Shown here: positions 51,168-64,000 of the stretch, one piece after another
Layout of the letters: each line of letters begins with the position of its first letter
Position numbering within the stretch: the stretch's first letter is position 1
Source of the DNA: Ostrea edulis
Taxonomy: Eukaryota
Reading direction: 5' to 3'
DNA: 64,000 bases
Assembly: GCF_947568905.1 (NCBI RefSeq)
Contig: NC_079165.1
Location: forward strand, 1,302,001 to 1,366,000
The notes under the pieces: generated by a model
Database searches by the model: none
The model's input: only the letters and a program-made list of their open reading frames with translations
What the model was told of the DNA's origin: nothing
Program-made: the position numbers and the translations under genes

Positions 51168-52586
51168 TATGTAATTAATATTTTCAGAAACAACGTTTTG
51201 TTTTCGAAACATTTATATTTGTTGAAATTAACATCTCTATGACCTATATTGGTGTTGCATTATTAAGCTTATTACAACTAAACAAAATTATGTTGCAGAA
51301 AATGTATGTTACCATCTTAATGGAATATAATATGATTTTCCAAAAACAAACATTTAGCAAAACATATTTTAAAGGTAATACAGATGCGATGTCATTTTCA
51401 CCACATTTTTAGATACAGATTTTGTTTTCAAAATCTATTCCTGAGTGTCGTAGAACATATAGAAGACATAACCATGTATCAACATCACCTCCGATACATA
51501 TAGTAGCTTTGAGCAAATTTTTCTGATCGAATAGTAGAACCAGTCGAATGCTGTCTGATGTGTTTCATACCAACTATTAGACCCTCCATTGCAGACTGAT
51601 TGTGGCTGCGAATTGTCACCTTTGTCTTCTCAAGATAGAGGGCTCACTGTGGAAGTGGCAACTTAACAGGGAATGCTTCCTCCTCCTGGGCACCTGATCC
51701 CCCATTCGGTGTGTCCATGTTTTCCCTCCTCTGAAATATTTATTCTTTATAGGAATGATGAGATTGATCACTGTTCGTTATCTTACTTTTTCATCTAAAC
51801 AACCGTTATGATTTTGATATATGTATATTTAATAAAAAGAATATCTACGTGGGTCTTGTTAGCAGGTTTTGTTATTTATTTATATCACGCATCAAATAAA
51901 CTCTTTTGAAGGTAAAGTCATACTTTATATAAGGTTCTTTCACGAATCATTAAATAACATTGCGGTGTAATTAGTCATTTTAATAGTTAAAATGTCGTCG
52001 ATATATGTAAATTTCAAGTTGAAGGTCACAACAACATATTTCCTTTTCATTTCATATTGAAGTTTTTCAGGGAACTCTTATTATTACATGTGTACCGAGT
52101 TAATCCCACATCAAATTTATTACTAGTATATTGAAGTAACGTCACTTTCATTTCATTGCATTTATTCAGTGGTAAAGTCAGCAATGGTTTTTATAGGTTT
52201 CCTAAACGACTTGAAATGAAATTCGCACAATAAAGTTATTTTCTTATGCTTAGATTCTGTCTATTATTATTTCTAGGGAAAATGGGGGAGGAGTATATCA
52301 CAATTTAATTAAGTAAACATAAATCAAAATTTCCGTGTGTGGCAGTTCAAATTTATTTTTCATTTCAATGGCCTTTGGCTATGGTAGGAATTGCGGTTCC
52401 CTCAGCGAATCCATACAACTGTTGAAGCTAATTGAATACTGATAACAACCAATCAAATTTTACGTCCTTTGCTAAAAATGCAAATGTTATGTTAATTAAG
52501 AATGTAGGGTAGTATAAAAGAGGGAGACAGTCATACGATCTAACGTAACCTACATTATGATCGAGACTATTATAGGAGAAAGGAAA

Positions 52587-53332
52587 ATGGAAACTGCAGC
52601 TCAGAATATGATGTGGGAAAGTGTTATCAACAACAATAAGGATACATTGCAAAAATTGTTGAAATGTGGAGTCGATCCTAATATTACTGATGCGAATGGA
52701 GAACCTCTGTTTTTTACCCTTATTGTTAATGAGGATTTGGAATCACTGAAGATGCTATTAGATTACTGTGATGTCAACACTGAAAACGAAGATGGGAGAA
52801 CTTCTCTGATGCTGGCTATTGAAATGGACGATTTGGAGACCATCAGAGTTTTAATCAAAGCAGGTATACACAACTTTTAATATTCTCATAATATGAATGT
52901 TATCTGTTCATATCATCAGTTCTATGATTCATTTATACAATATTTCACAACTACGGTATCTCTTTTACAGGTGCTCGCGTGAACAAGAAATATAATTCCG
53001 GTAAAACCCCTTTGTTGTTGGCTTTGGAGGAAGGAAAATTCAGAATCTCAGAATATCTTATCAAACACGGAAGTGACGTGAATGAAATGGATGATCTTGG
53101 TCAAACAGCCCTACATCTTGTTGCCACGGGGCAACATAATGACTGTACGAAGATCGTTAAAATTCTGTTTCACTGCGGATACGTGATGAAAGAGGCTGAC
53201 AAGTGGATATGCCCTGAGGACCTAATAGGCAATAAACGTCTTCAGTCCAAACAATCCAAAATACTTCACAAAATCAAGACGATCTGGAAGATGATCACAA
53301 GAGAAGACAATGTGATAACAAGAGGCTCTTGA
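52587..53332 (+). CDS. Ankyrin-repeat protein copy 4, 212 aa (exons 52587-52863, 52971-53332)
   Basis: Intact spliced frame (TTACAG|GT GCT CGC); TATAAAAG at 52513-20; an extra in-frame ATG at 52557. Confidence 0.88.
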
Positions 53333-54374
53333 AGTGCATTTTACAGAATTGTTCTGCACCCCTGCAGATACTCCTTAATGCAGATGAAGACTGACTGCGA
53401 TTAGAAAGCAATGAGGACTTGCTCTAATTAGAAGTCAATGATATCCTCCTATTAGTAGAAGTCGATGAGAACTAACTATCGCATGAAGTCGATGTAAACT
53501 GGCTGTTAGTAAGCATACAATCTCATGAAGTAATTTCGAAGGAGCGATTTTCATGATGTCGAGAACAACTTGGCCAACAGACAAGTTCTACTCTTGTATA
53601 CAAATCATGATTACCAAACGTCTCGTCTCTTGTATAAAGTAAGGATTCAAGAAGACGGTTAAATAGCTATGTCAGAAATAGCCTTATCATAGTACCTACT
53701 CGAGAACAGCTTGAGGAGGAGGAGGAGAAATGCGTCATTCCGAATAACATCCGATGCAATAAGAATTTGATTTTGTTTATTGCGTAGTGATTAGTATAGG
53801 ATTCTGGAAGCATAATAGAAGTATATCTGTATTTTACGACCATTTAGTTCTATTCAATGCAGACTCGATGTAGTGTGACTAATAAAACAATGATAATAAC
53901 ATATATTGTGTTTTATTCAGACTGTTCCTGTTTTTCATAGCCCCGGTATCTGTATATTCAAGGGAACGTATCCAGTTAAACAGTTGAAACACATACATTA
54001 CTGCTGTTTTTGAAGCAGTTATCTGTCGACATGGTTATGAATATATATAAAGAAAGCGATCTTATGACATATCTACCCGACAAAGGAATCGCAGTCAACA
54101 GAGGATACTTACTCCTCCTAACTACTTGATCCCAGCACTGGTATTTCTGCGGGTCCGTGTTTGCCCTAATCCTGATTCTGTATTCTTGAGAGGAATTCTG
54201 AGGTTAATCGCTATTCGTTATTTTCACAATTTCTTATTATCTAATCTTAGTTAGTCTTTCAAAGCTATTCTAGCTCATGAGTTTTCATACGATATACCTA
54301 AACTGTCCTTGGCTCCAGCTTTGTCTTCAGTAACAGCTTTGTTTGGATAGAAACACAAATATCCATTGCTTTTC

Positions 54375-57300
54375 GTTTCCCCGCGAAACAGCTTGTTCGG
54401 GAACAGGAGCAATCCTTTTTATTATATTGTGTAATACATTGTACATTCTGCCGTGGGTCAGAAAAAAACATATGACCAGCACAAATCAATCTAAACGAAT
54501 TCGAATTCATAGTTTTAAGACTTGATTTTTCGATGAAGCTATTATTCGCAAGTATGTGTATATTGAGCTGTGTCAGCAGTTCGAACAGAACCGAAGTGTT
54601 GTACAATGATATGTGTACTCCCGGTTTCACTCCAAATTCTCGTAATATTGCGATTTTCTTTGACATTTCCACTTCGTAGTTGGCCTGGGGGTGTTTATAA
54701 CCTTTCTAACCAGAGTTTTAATTGAATAGGTGCATTGGATAGAACACAAGTTCAAACAAAACCTCCATCTAATGATGACCATTTGTATGACAATGGGAAA
54801 AACGTCTGTAAACTGAACGGTGAAGATAACGAACCGTGATCTTAAACTATTCTTGATACCCGGGGATTCTTACCATTTGTAGTACAGAACTGCTCGTAAA
54901 AAATTGATATTAATTTTGATTCAAATTAAAAGGCAAGCATTGAATTACAACTATGTAGGCGATATACATTATGATAGTACCATGCGAATACGTTTCGAAT
55001 GCTTTTTGTAAACATTAAATAGTTAAAATGTACTATTAAACAATGTTCAAATGATTAGTGTCTACTTGAATGGAAAAGTTATATTAACAATTCGTCTAAT
55101 GGTTAGATATATGGTACCTTAAAATATAACGGGGGGGGAAATTAGCCATTTTCCTTAAAAGAGCTTAAAAGTGCTATAACGATATCAATTTTCTTAAATT
55201 TGGAACTGCAATTCACCATCTTCAAGACACTTCACAAAATGAGAGGAGTTGCCATATCCGAACTAGGGGTAATCTAATCGATGAATATCACTATATCTTC
55301 TAGAATGTCAGATTTTCCGCTGGAATGCTTAAAGAAATATATACATAATGTGGAAACCCTAATTGTTTTACACAAACTATCCATATCATCATTTATTGCT
55401 AACCTAAATGAATACTTCCACAGTCCTCTCTGTTAACGACAGTTTAATAGGTACCGTGTATACTGGTTATTTCTTTGTATATATTAAATTTTACACCTCT
55501 AGTTTGTGCTTTAAGCGAAATAAATTGAATTGAAACAACCATTTCATATTGTTTAACTTCGTATCAAACCGCCGAAACATACAAACATTGTCAGTCATGT
55601 GACTGAAGTAACGTTACTGAGTGGAGCCATCTGATTGAAAATGATTCAAACATCACGGGTCATTCAGATATTAGCTATAAAAGTTCAGTGTCTCAATGCA
55701 TAATTCAAAATAAGTGGTAATTTACGTACCTATCTGAGGATGGAACATAAAACAAGCATCAAACTAAAAACTAGGTCAAGATTCCCAAACCCTGTAATCA
55801 GTATTTGATGAATGTCTCATATTTCATTCGTCCATAGTAATTTATGAATGACCATTTATTTTGCTTGTCAGCAATGAATTCCTTAACGTAAAATTCATTG
55901 TGCAAATGAATATGGCATCCTTTCAAGGACAGAAAATATATTACATCTGTATTTATGAACAACAATCTTTCGTAGAAAGACTTTACGCATGTGGTACAGG
56001 TCAAATAAAGCTACAAATTGAATTCATTTCAGAAGAAAGTACAGGATCGTAATAAACACCATCATATACATGGTGACAGTCATATATTATGCCTGTTACT
56101 ATATTTAGGAGACCATCGGAGAGATTTGTACATGTTAAGACTGATTATATTAGCTAGCAATGCTAAAATATCGTCGTAATCAAGTGAACGTTTAAGCATC
56201 TTTAATAACAATAATATCAATCAAATATTAGTTTACTAAACCATGAAGGTAATGTCGATGAGCTAAGTTATGGGTGCACTACAGTTTTATTTATACAAAA
56301 CTACAAAAGATATAAATATGTGTACTTCACCTACAGCTGGTGACGTCTCAATACAAGTGAAAATGCTTCGACGGGATGTTAAACTATCAACACTTCATGA
56401 AAATCCATGAAAATTATTCTTGTTCTTAATCCATATTAACTTTTTAAATTCAATTTAAGCAAGTTAATCTCTTTGGTTTTAAAATGAATAGATATGATAA
56501 TTATTCGGTCATGCAAGAAAGCTTCAACTAACGAAATAAAGACATTATCACACGAAAAAAAAACAAGTACATAGAGAGTGTTTTATTCAAAATTCACGGA
56601 GACCAGTTGAATCATATAGTAGATGATATTGTTTCCTTTTACCTTAATCTAACATATACAAAATCACTGAGAACTTAAGAAAAAAATGAAAAGGAATGCA
56701 AATCAAAACAACTATCAAGACTGGATGTTTAAATGATTTAGATCGATTGAAAATAGCGTTCATTCAAAGTTATATTTTCTAGAAATTAGTTTAAAATATT
56801 TCGTAAGACAAACAGCATATAGTATCAGGGAATGACATTAAACAGAATGTCGATCAAAGATTCATAACATTCCATCCATATTGATACATTCTTCACAACA
56901 CTAATTTATCTGAATATCATTACATTAATTTCAAATTATCCCCTACCTGGTACAACGTGATTTAAATGATAAAATTAACCGACTGAAAAAGAAATAATTG
57001 CTAATGAAATATATCACGAGCAAAGGTATTTCAAATGTCACCCACATATTATATTACAGTTAGCGGTTTTGCTTGTATTGATTGAAATTCCGTGCGATTT
57101 ATGACATCTCATTATAAACATATGTCATAAATATTTTCCGAAGGAAACATTTTGTTTCGAAATATTTATACTTATTGAAATTAACATCTCTATAACCTAT
57201 ATTGGTGTTGCATTGTTAAGCTTAATACAACTAATCATTATCGCAGAAAATATATGTGTCCATTTTAATGGAATATTTTATGATTTTTTTTTCTACGAAA

Positions 57301-59325
57301 ACATTTAGCAAAACATAGTTTAAAGGTAACACAGATGCGATGTCATTTTCCCCACATTTTCAAATACAGATTTAATTTTTAAAACATATTCCTGAGTGTC
57401 GTAGAACATATACAAGACATATCACCTCCGATACATATATGAGCCTTGAGCAAGATTTTTTGTCGAATATTACAACCAGTCGAATACTGTCTGATGTGTT
57501 TCATACCAACTATTAGCCCCCCCCCCCCCCCCTTGCAGTCTGATTGTGGCTTCGGATTGCCACCTTTGTCTTCTCAAGATATAGGGCTCACGGCAGATGT
57601 GGCAGGTTATCAGGGAATGCTTCCTCCTCCTAGACACCTGGTCCAGCATCCGGTGTGTCCATGTTTTCCCTCCTCTGAAATATTTATTCTTTATAGGATT
57701 GATGATATTGATCACTGTTCGTTATCTTCACTTTTTCATCTAAATAACCGTTATGATTTTCAAATATATATTTTTATTGAAAACAATTAGAATACCTACG
57801 TGCGTCTTTGTTTTGGCAGGTTTTGTTATTTATTTATATCACGCATCAAATAAACTCTTTTGAAGGTAAAATCATACTTTATATAAGGTTCTTTCACGAG
57901 CCATTAAATAACACTGCGGTGTAATTAGTCATTTCAATAGTTAAAATGTCGTCGATATATGTAAATTTCAAGTTGAAGGTCACAACAACATATTTCCTTT
58001 TCATTTCATATTGAAGTTTTTCAATGAACTCTTATTATTACATGTATACCGAGTTGATGCCACATCAAATTTATTACAAGTATATTGAAGTAACGTCACT
58101 TTCATTTCATTGCATTTATACTGTGTTACCACAATGGTCATTGTAGGTACATGTATACTAAACGACTTGGAATGAAATTTGCAAAATCAAGTAATTTTCT
58201 TATGCTTAGATTCTGCCAATTATCATTTCTAGGGAAAATGGGGGAGGAGTATATCACAATTTAATTAAGTAAACATAAATCAAACTTTCCGCGTGTGGTA
58301 ATTCAAATATATTTTACATTTCAATGGCCTTTGGCTATGGTAAGAATTGCGGTTCCCTCAGCGAATCCACACAACTGTTGAAGCTAATTGAATACTGATA
58401 ACAACCAATCATATTTTACGTCCTTTGCTAAAAATGCAAATGTTATGTTAATTAAGAATGTAGGGTAGTATAAAAGAGGGAGACAGTCGTACGATCTAGC
58501 GTAACCTTCATTGCAATCGAGACTATCATAGGAGAAAGGAAAATGGAAACTGCAGCTCAGAATATGATTTGGGAAAGTGTTATCAACAACAATAAGGATA
58601 CATTGCAAAAATTGTTGAAATGTGGAGTCGATCCTAATATTACTGATGCGAATGGAGAACCTCTGATTTTTACCCTTATTGTTAATGGGGATTTGGAATC
58701 ACTGAAGATGCTATTAGATTACTGTGATGTCAACACTGAAAACGAAGATGGGAGAACTTCTCTGATGCTGGCTATTGAAATGGACGATATGGAGACGATC
58801 AGAGTTTTAATCAAAGCAGGTATGTACAACTTTCAGTATTCTCATAACATGAATGATATCTGTTCATGCCATCAGTTCTATGATTCATTTATACAATATT
58901 TCATGACTACGGTATCTCTTTTACAGGTGCTCGTGTGAACAAGAAAGATAATTCCGGTAAAACTCCTTTGTTGTTGGCTTTGGAGGAAGGAAAATTCAGA
59001 ATCTCAGAATACCTTATCAAACACGGAAGTGATGTGAATGAAATGGATGATCTTGGTCAAACAGCCCTACATCTTGTTGCCACGGGGCAACATAATGACT
59101 CTACAAAAATTGTTAAAATCCTATTTCACTGCGGATATATGATGAAAGAGGCAGATAAGTGGATATGCCCTGAGGACCTGATAGGCAATAAACGTCTTCA
59201 GTCCAAACAATCCAAAATACTTCATAAAATCAAAGCGATCTGGAAGATGATCACAAGAGAGGACAATGTGATAACAAGAGGCTCCTGAAGGGCATTTTAC
59301 AGAACTCTTCTGCACCCTGCAGATA
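54375..59325. repeat. Segmental duplication unit E (~5 kb visible)
   Basis: Collinear with unit D up to just past the ankyrin stop codon. Confidence 0.88.
58543..59288 (+). CDS. Ankyrin-repeat protein copy 5, 212 aa (exons 58543-58819, 58927-59288)
   Basis: Intact spliced frame; TATAAAAG at 58469-76. Confidence 0.88.
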
Positions 59326-60574
59326 TGATATAGAAGTCAATGAGAACTTGCTTAGTGTGGACGATCTAATAAGACAGAACACACCAAATAGTACTTTCGA
59401 GGGACACCATCTCGGTTCTCAAAAGATTGTGACCCATTTGTCCAGCCCACCTTTTGTCTTCTGGTATATACCAATACCATAAGAACTATACATAGATCAT
59501 GAATTGCAGAACATTGGGTATCAAGAAGACAGAGGAAAACTATGAAGGCTGCTAAATCTTGGAACAACCTAATATTTGCTGACGATGTCAGACGTTGAGG
59601 AAGTATGTGTCATTGTGGATTGAGAGATAAAATGATACAAAGAAGTATTTGTTTTTGTACATCTTGTACTGATTGCTACAAGTTTAGAGGTATTTTTAGC
59701 AATTCAGTACAGTTCCAAATGCATTGACGTTGATAAACTTAATAAAACACAACAAAATACATCATGCTTTTACCTTTCTTTTAGTTAATTCTCTCCGTAC
59801 ATTCAATGAATGTATTTGCGGTATATATACCTTTGGCATATATAACTTTCAATGAATTTCCTACGTCCAAGCTTCAAAGGAGGGAGATCGATCAGATAAA
59901 AACATACGGCTGAGGGGTAGCGAGATATATCAGTAGCTTAGAAATGAAGTTACATTGTAGTTAATTATTTTTGCAATAACGAATCTGCATCAACACGATT
60001 AGATACATGGATGCTAGATTTTCAGACATGTATGTCTGTGTCCTGATCGAAATTCTTCAACATTCAAAACTTCGATTGACACTCGACTTATTTCTCCCAA
60101 ACCAAATATCCCAAATGTTAGACGAGGCTAGACACAAACAGGCTATCAAGTATCTCGAGGCTAGACGCAAACAGACTCTTTCAGAATGATAATGACATCC
60201 GTATTCAAAGGTTTGGTGATTGCATCGTGAATTTAGTGACACGGTTTTTCTAGGACACAAGGGCGCGTTGTCATGGTGTTCGGCGGGTTGTTAGTGTCAT
60301 TTTTCAAGTGCCTGCTCGTCTCAAATGCTTATATAAGTAATGAATGTTCATTTCTAGAATCACCACGGCGCTTTAAAGTGAGTCAGTACACCAGATTTAA
60401 TCACATGACCCTTCACCTTTCATGACCCTCCCACTTCTTATCCCAGTGATGCTTTAAAATGTTTTCTTTTAATTTAATGAATAAACCAGCACATCATATC
60501 TGTATACATAAATACGCATACCAAATTCCTAAAGTAGCTACCTATTATATGTACCTGTGCATACAAAGATTTTA

Positions 60575-60760
60575 AAAACATAAGACCATGAATGTTTCTT
60601 TAAAATGAGAGGTTAACAAACAATGGTCAGTCTCATAATATATATAGGATATAGAATCGGTAACATAACAATGTTCGCTGGATATCACCGGAAGTAGGAC
60701 CAGGTGCTTTGTAGGAGGAGTAAGCATTCCCTGTTGATCAGTCCCACTCGCCATGAGTTC
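60575..60760 (-). mobile_element. Decayed Naiad tail
   Basis: Reverse complement of the ...GGGATGCTTACTCCTCCTA... tail. Similar decayed tails occur at ~14240, ~17820, ~18140, ~25135, ~51545 and ~57480. Confidence 0.65.
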
Positions 60761-61670
60761 TAAATCTTGATTATTTTAAAGATAAATTCATTGTGTACAT
60801 CAGTATGTAAAGAACGGCCTAAGACGTTGTACGAAACACGCCAGGCAACATTCAATATGATCTTAAAATATGTTTATCAACAAACTAAATCATTATAAAA
60901 CCCACAAAAATTTGCAAAGTACTTACTTTAAATGATATATGCTTGAAATTATATATATATATAACTATTTCTAAGACTTATGACTTTCACTACTAATGCT
61001 GGAATAGTCACTTCCTATGTTGGATGTTTTAGGGTTGAAAGGACGACGAAAACGACGAAAACCCCGGGTCTCCAGTTTGTAAAGCGAATACATTAAGTAC
61101 AATGCTACATGTACCGTGGCCTTGACATACGTAAGCTTGACTTAAGTATAAATTATGACTGTGCGCAAGTCTTAATACGTCATTTTTGAGATGAGAGCTT
61201 TCCTATGTAAGAGGCACATTTAGTGGAACTTTGAATGCTAAAAAGGGACAGTGTGGACCTACAGTCAGTGAGGAAGACGATAAAATGTATCGAAATCAGC
61301 TTATTTTTAAGTATGTAAATGTAGGAAATACAAAATACTATCCACAGAAAGTTTGTACCAAAGTGGAATGCATATTTGCGAGTAACATCCTAGGTATGAT
61401 ACAATGTATGCACAAGCCACGAAATAACATGATATAATAGGAATTCCAGGTATTTAATTACTCTTTGAATACTTATTATTTACTTAATTTATGCATCAAT
61501 TGAATTCGGGGGGGGGTTGAAATTGCTCATGAGAAACTTACTGAACACATACATTTGTGGCCTAAGTCAAGCTAGCGAACAATAAGCTAGCGACCAATAA
61601 GGATTTTTCCTAATATTTATCGCTTAGAAAACGTACGTATAACCAACCCGACAAAAAAGTATTCTCAATA

Positions 61671-62616
61671 TACGGCGCCCAGCGCCTAAACTAGGACTTG
61701 TGCCACTCAGGTGACCACAGGGCATTTTAGGGCATTGACCCCTCTAATGGATTCTGACCCCAAAAGGGTAAGTATAGGCACCGATTTGGGGCACGAGGGC
61801 GCCAAATATACCCTATTTTTACTATTTGACTATATGTGATAGGAGTCTTGGTACGGCGCCTAGCGCCTAAACTAGGACTTGTGCCACTCAGGTGACCACA
61901 GGGCATTTTAGGGCATTGACCCCCCTAATGGAATCTGACCCCAAAAGGGTAAGTATAGGCACCGATTTGGGGCACGGGGGCGCCAAATATACCCTACTTT
62001 TACTATTTGACTATATGTGATAGGGGTTTAGGTACGGCGCCTAGCGCCTAAACTAGGACTTCTGCCACTCAGGTGACCACAGGGCATTTTAGGGCATTGA
62101 CCCCTCTAATGGATTCTGACCCCAAAAGGGTAAGTATAGGCACCGATTTGGGGCACGGGGGCGCCAAATATACCCTATTTTTACTATTTGACTATATGTG
62201 ATAGGGGTCTTGGTACGGCGCCTAGCGCCTAAACTAGGACTTGTGCCACTCAGGTGACCACAGGGCATTTTAGGGTATTGACCCCTCTAATAGATTCTGA
62301 CCCCAAAAGGGTAAGTATAGGCACCGATTTGGGGCACGGGGCGCCAAATATACCCTATTTTTACTATTTGACTATATGTGATAGGGGTCTTGGTACGGCG
62401 CCTAGCGCCTAAACTAGGACTTGTGCCACTCAGGTGACCACAGGGCATTTTAGGGTATTGACCCCTCTAATAGATTCTGACCCCAAAAGGGTAAGTATAG
62501 GCACCGATTTGGGGCACGGGGGCGCCAAATATACCCTATTTTTACTATTTGACTATATGTGATAGGGGTCTTGGTACGGCGCCTAGCGCCTAAACTAGGA
62601 CTTGTGCCACTCAGGT
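61671..62616. repeat. Tandem array of a 181-bp unit, ~5.2 copies
   Basis: TACGGCGCC starts at 61671, 61852, 62033, 62214, 62394 and 62575; units nearly identical. Confidence 0.97.
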
Positions 62617-63060
62617 ATACTTGACACGTTTCCCAAAATTATTTTATAAATTTTTACACATGTAATATCCCTTCAAATATGAGATATTTTTATTTTTTGA
62701 GAAACTTGACCGGGTCTATAGTGCGAAACTATACCTTTCACACCGTGCCAAATCTGATGTACATTAATTCGTACGAATATTTGTCGTGTCTCAATGAATA
62801 CTCGATAGACCAGTGTTTGATGTTTGAAATGAAATGGGCCCTGTTTGAGGACCCACATGGTTGGCGCGGACACGTGTCTTTGTTATGAATTACGTAAAAA
62901 TCATAAATATTTTCAATCATACAATGAGAGAAAAATTAATCAGGTCTAATAATGTAAAATAAATTTGGATTTTTTCACTAATGCCGTATTAATTCTATGT
63001 ATCAACACCAAAGTAGTTTTATGCAAAGTACCACGTTTTACAATCACTTTATTAGCATGA

Positions 63061-63455
63061 CCAGGGGTGGATCCAGGAAATGGGGTTAGAAGGCGCAACT
63101 TTATGATGGAGGGGTCGGGGGGGGGGGGGGGGGGCACTTTGAGACCCCCAGTGGGTCCAGGGCTAAGAAGCTCCTATATTTTACGGATTTTACAGATTTC
63201 ATTGGGCTTCAAATATGTCTTCTATGTGGAAATTTTTACTATTTTCTGTCATTTTTTATAGAGGGAAATCAACAAAATGACGCAAATTTTAAGGGGTTTT
63301 GGAAAAAAATGTAAGTTCTCCCAATAAAAGTAATTTAATAAATCAAAAGATTTTGTCATTTATTGCTCTGAGAGAAGAATGAATTACTGCTTCTTTTATC
63401 GTTTACATTTTTTCTAAACAAGAGACCACGATTTACCTTAAATTCGCCACTTATG
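63061..63455. mobile_element. Possible degenerate MITE (CAGGGGTGGATCCAGG start)
   Basis: Start resembles recalled CAGGGGCGGATCC-type MITEs; right end (AAATTCGCCACT) is only a weak match; poly-G tract inside. Confidence 0.3.
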
Positions 63456-63769
63456 ACCCCCTCCCCAACGTACTAGATTGTTATTTCTAAATCACTGGAG
63501 GATTTCTATTTCAGAACGGAATTGTTGAAATTCTTGATACTCCATTTGAAAATTTAGCAGAACGTTGTATTCATCATTGCACGGAATTTTGTGACATGTG
63601 CACTTCCAGCATATGTAGATATTGATATAAAAATAACAGATTTATATGAAGTACACCTAATTATAAGTAAGTTTTGAAAGATGATGGACATAATGTATTT
63701 AGATATGTATTTAGGAATTTCATCGCACAATGTTGTTTTTTTTTCTTCCAATGCTGCTGTTCTATGGAG

Positions 63770-64000
63770 CGCCAAATTAACATAAACTCAAATAATTGAA
63801 GATATCTTATTCAATTATTGCTCTCTTTAATTGAATTAATACGCGCATTAAATCAATTATTGCTTTCATCAAATGAATTAATGCGCGCATCAATTGAATT
63901 AATAAGAGCAATAATTGAATTCGATTATTGTTCTCTTCAATTCAATTGATGAGGGCATCAATTTAGTAGAAATATTGCTCGCAATAATTAATTTAGAGCT
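63770..64000. repeat. AT-rich short-period repeat with palindromic AATTGAATT / ATGCGCGCAT motifs, continues past the window edge
   Basis: Recurrent AATTGAATTAAT, AATTATTGCT and GCGCAT modules. Confidence 0.55.

Larger units (their letters stand above)
47961..54374. repeat. Segmental duplication unit D (~6.4 kb)
   Basis: Collinear with 54375-59325. Offset is ~6395 bp before and 5956 bp after a D-specific ~435-bp insertion. Confidence 0.9.

Noticed and set aside
61671-62616. CRISPR-like array
   Set aside because: Whole units repeat with no unique spacers, the context is eukaryotic, and there are no cas genes.
63108-63134. G-rich tract with G-quadruplex potential
   Set aside because: It is a simple homopolymer within a probable MITE, and its length is error-prone in sequencing.

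Overview
AT-rich eukaryotic genomic DNA. The repeat families (Naiad-type Penelope RT, Helentron/HINE-like repeats, Kolobok MITEs) resemble bivalve, probably oyster, genomes; the taxon is an inference. Bases 1-14.5 kb are a nest of decayed mobile elements: a near-intact Penelope-like RT inside an intron of a RecQ-type helicase, a convergent multi-exon DUF6589-like Academ transposase relic (together an AcademH-like transposon), a DIRS/Ngaro gag remnant and an internally deleted Kolobok. Bases ~14.5-59.3 kb are a tandem segmental-duplication array of three ~11-12 kb units and two ~6 kb units. Each unit carries one two-exon ankyrin-repeat gene of ~211-212 aa; copy 1 has a nonsense codon. The most notable signal is a ~350-bp non-coding retroelement bearing a minimal type I hammerhead ribozyme (retrozyme-like). 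It occurs at seven loci (ten ribozyme motifs), including head-to-tail arrangements and two same-orientation fusions with Naiad 3' tails, and paralogous units preserve the empty sites. Also present are small foldback elements with CAATC...GATTG termini and 10-bp target duplications, a Harbinger-type element, and a 181-bp tandem array near the right end. All calls come from manual reading; no database search or folding program was run.
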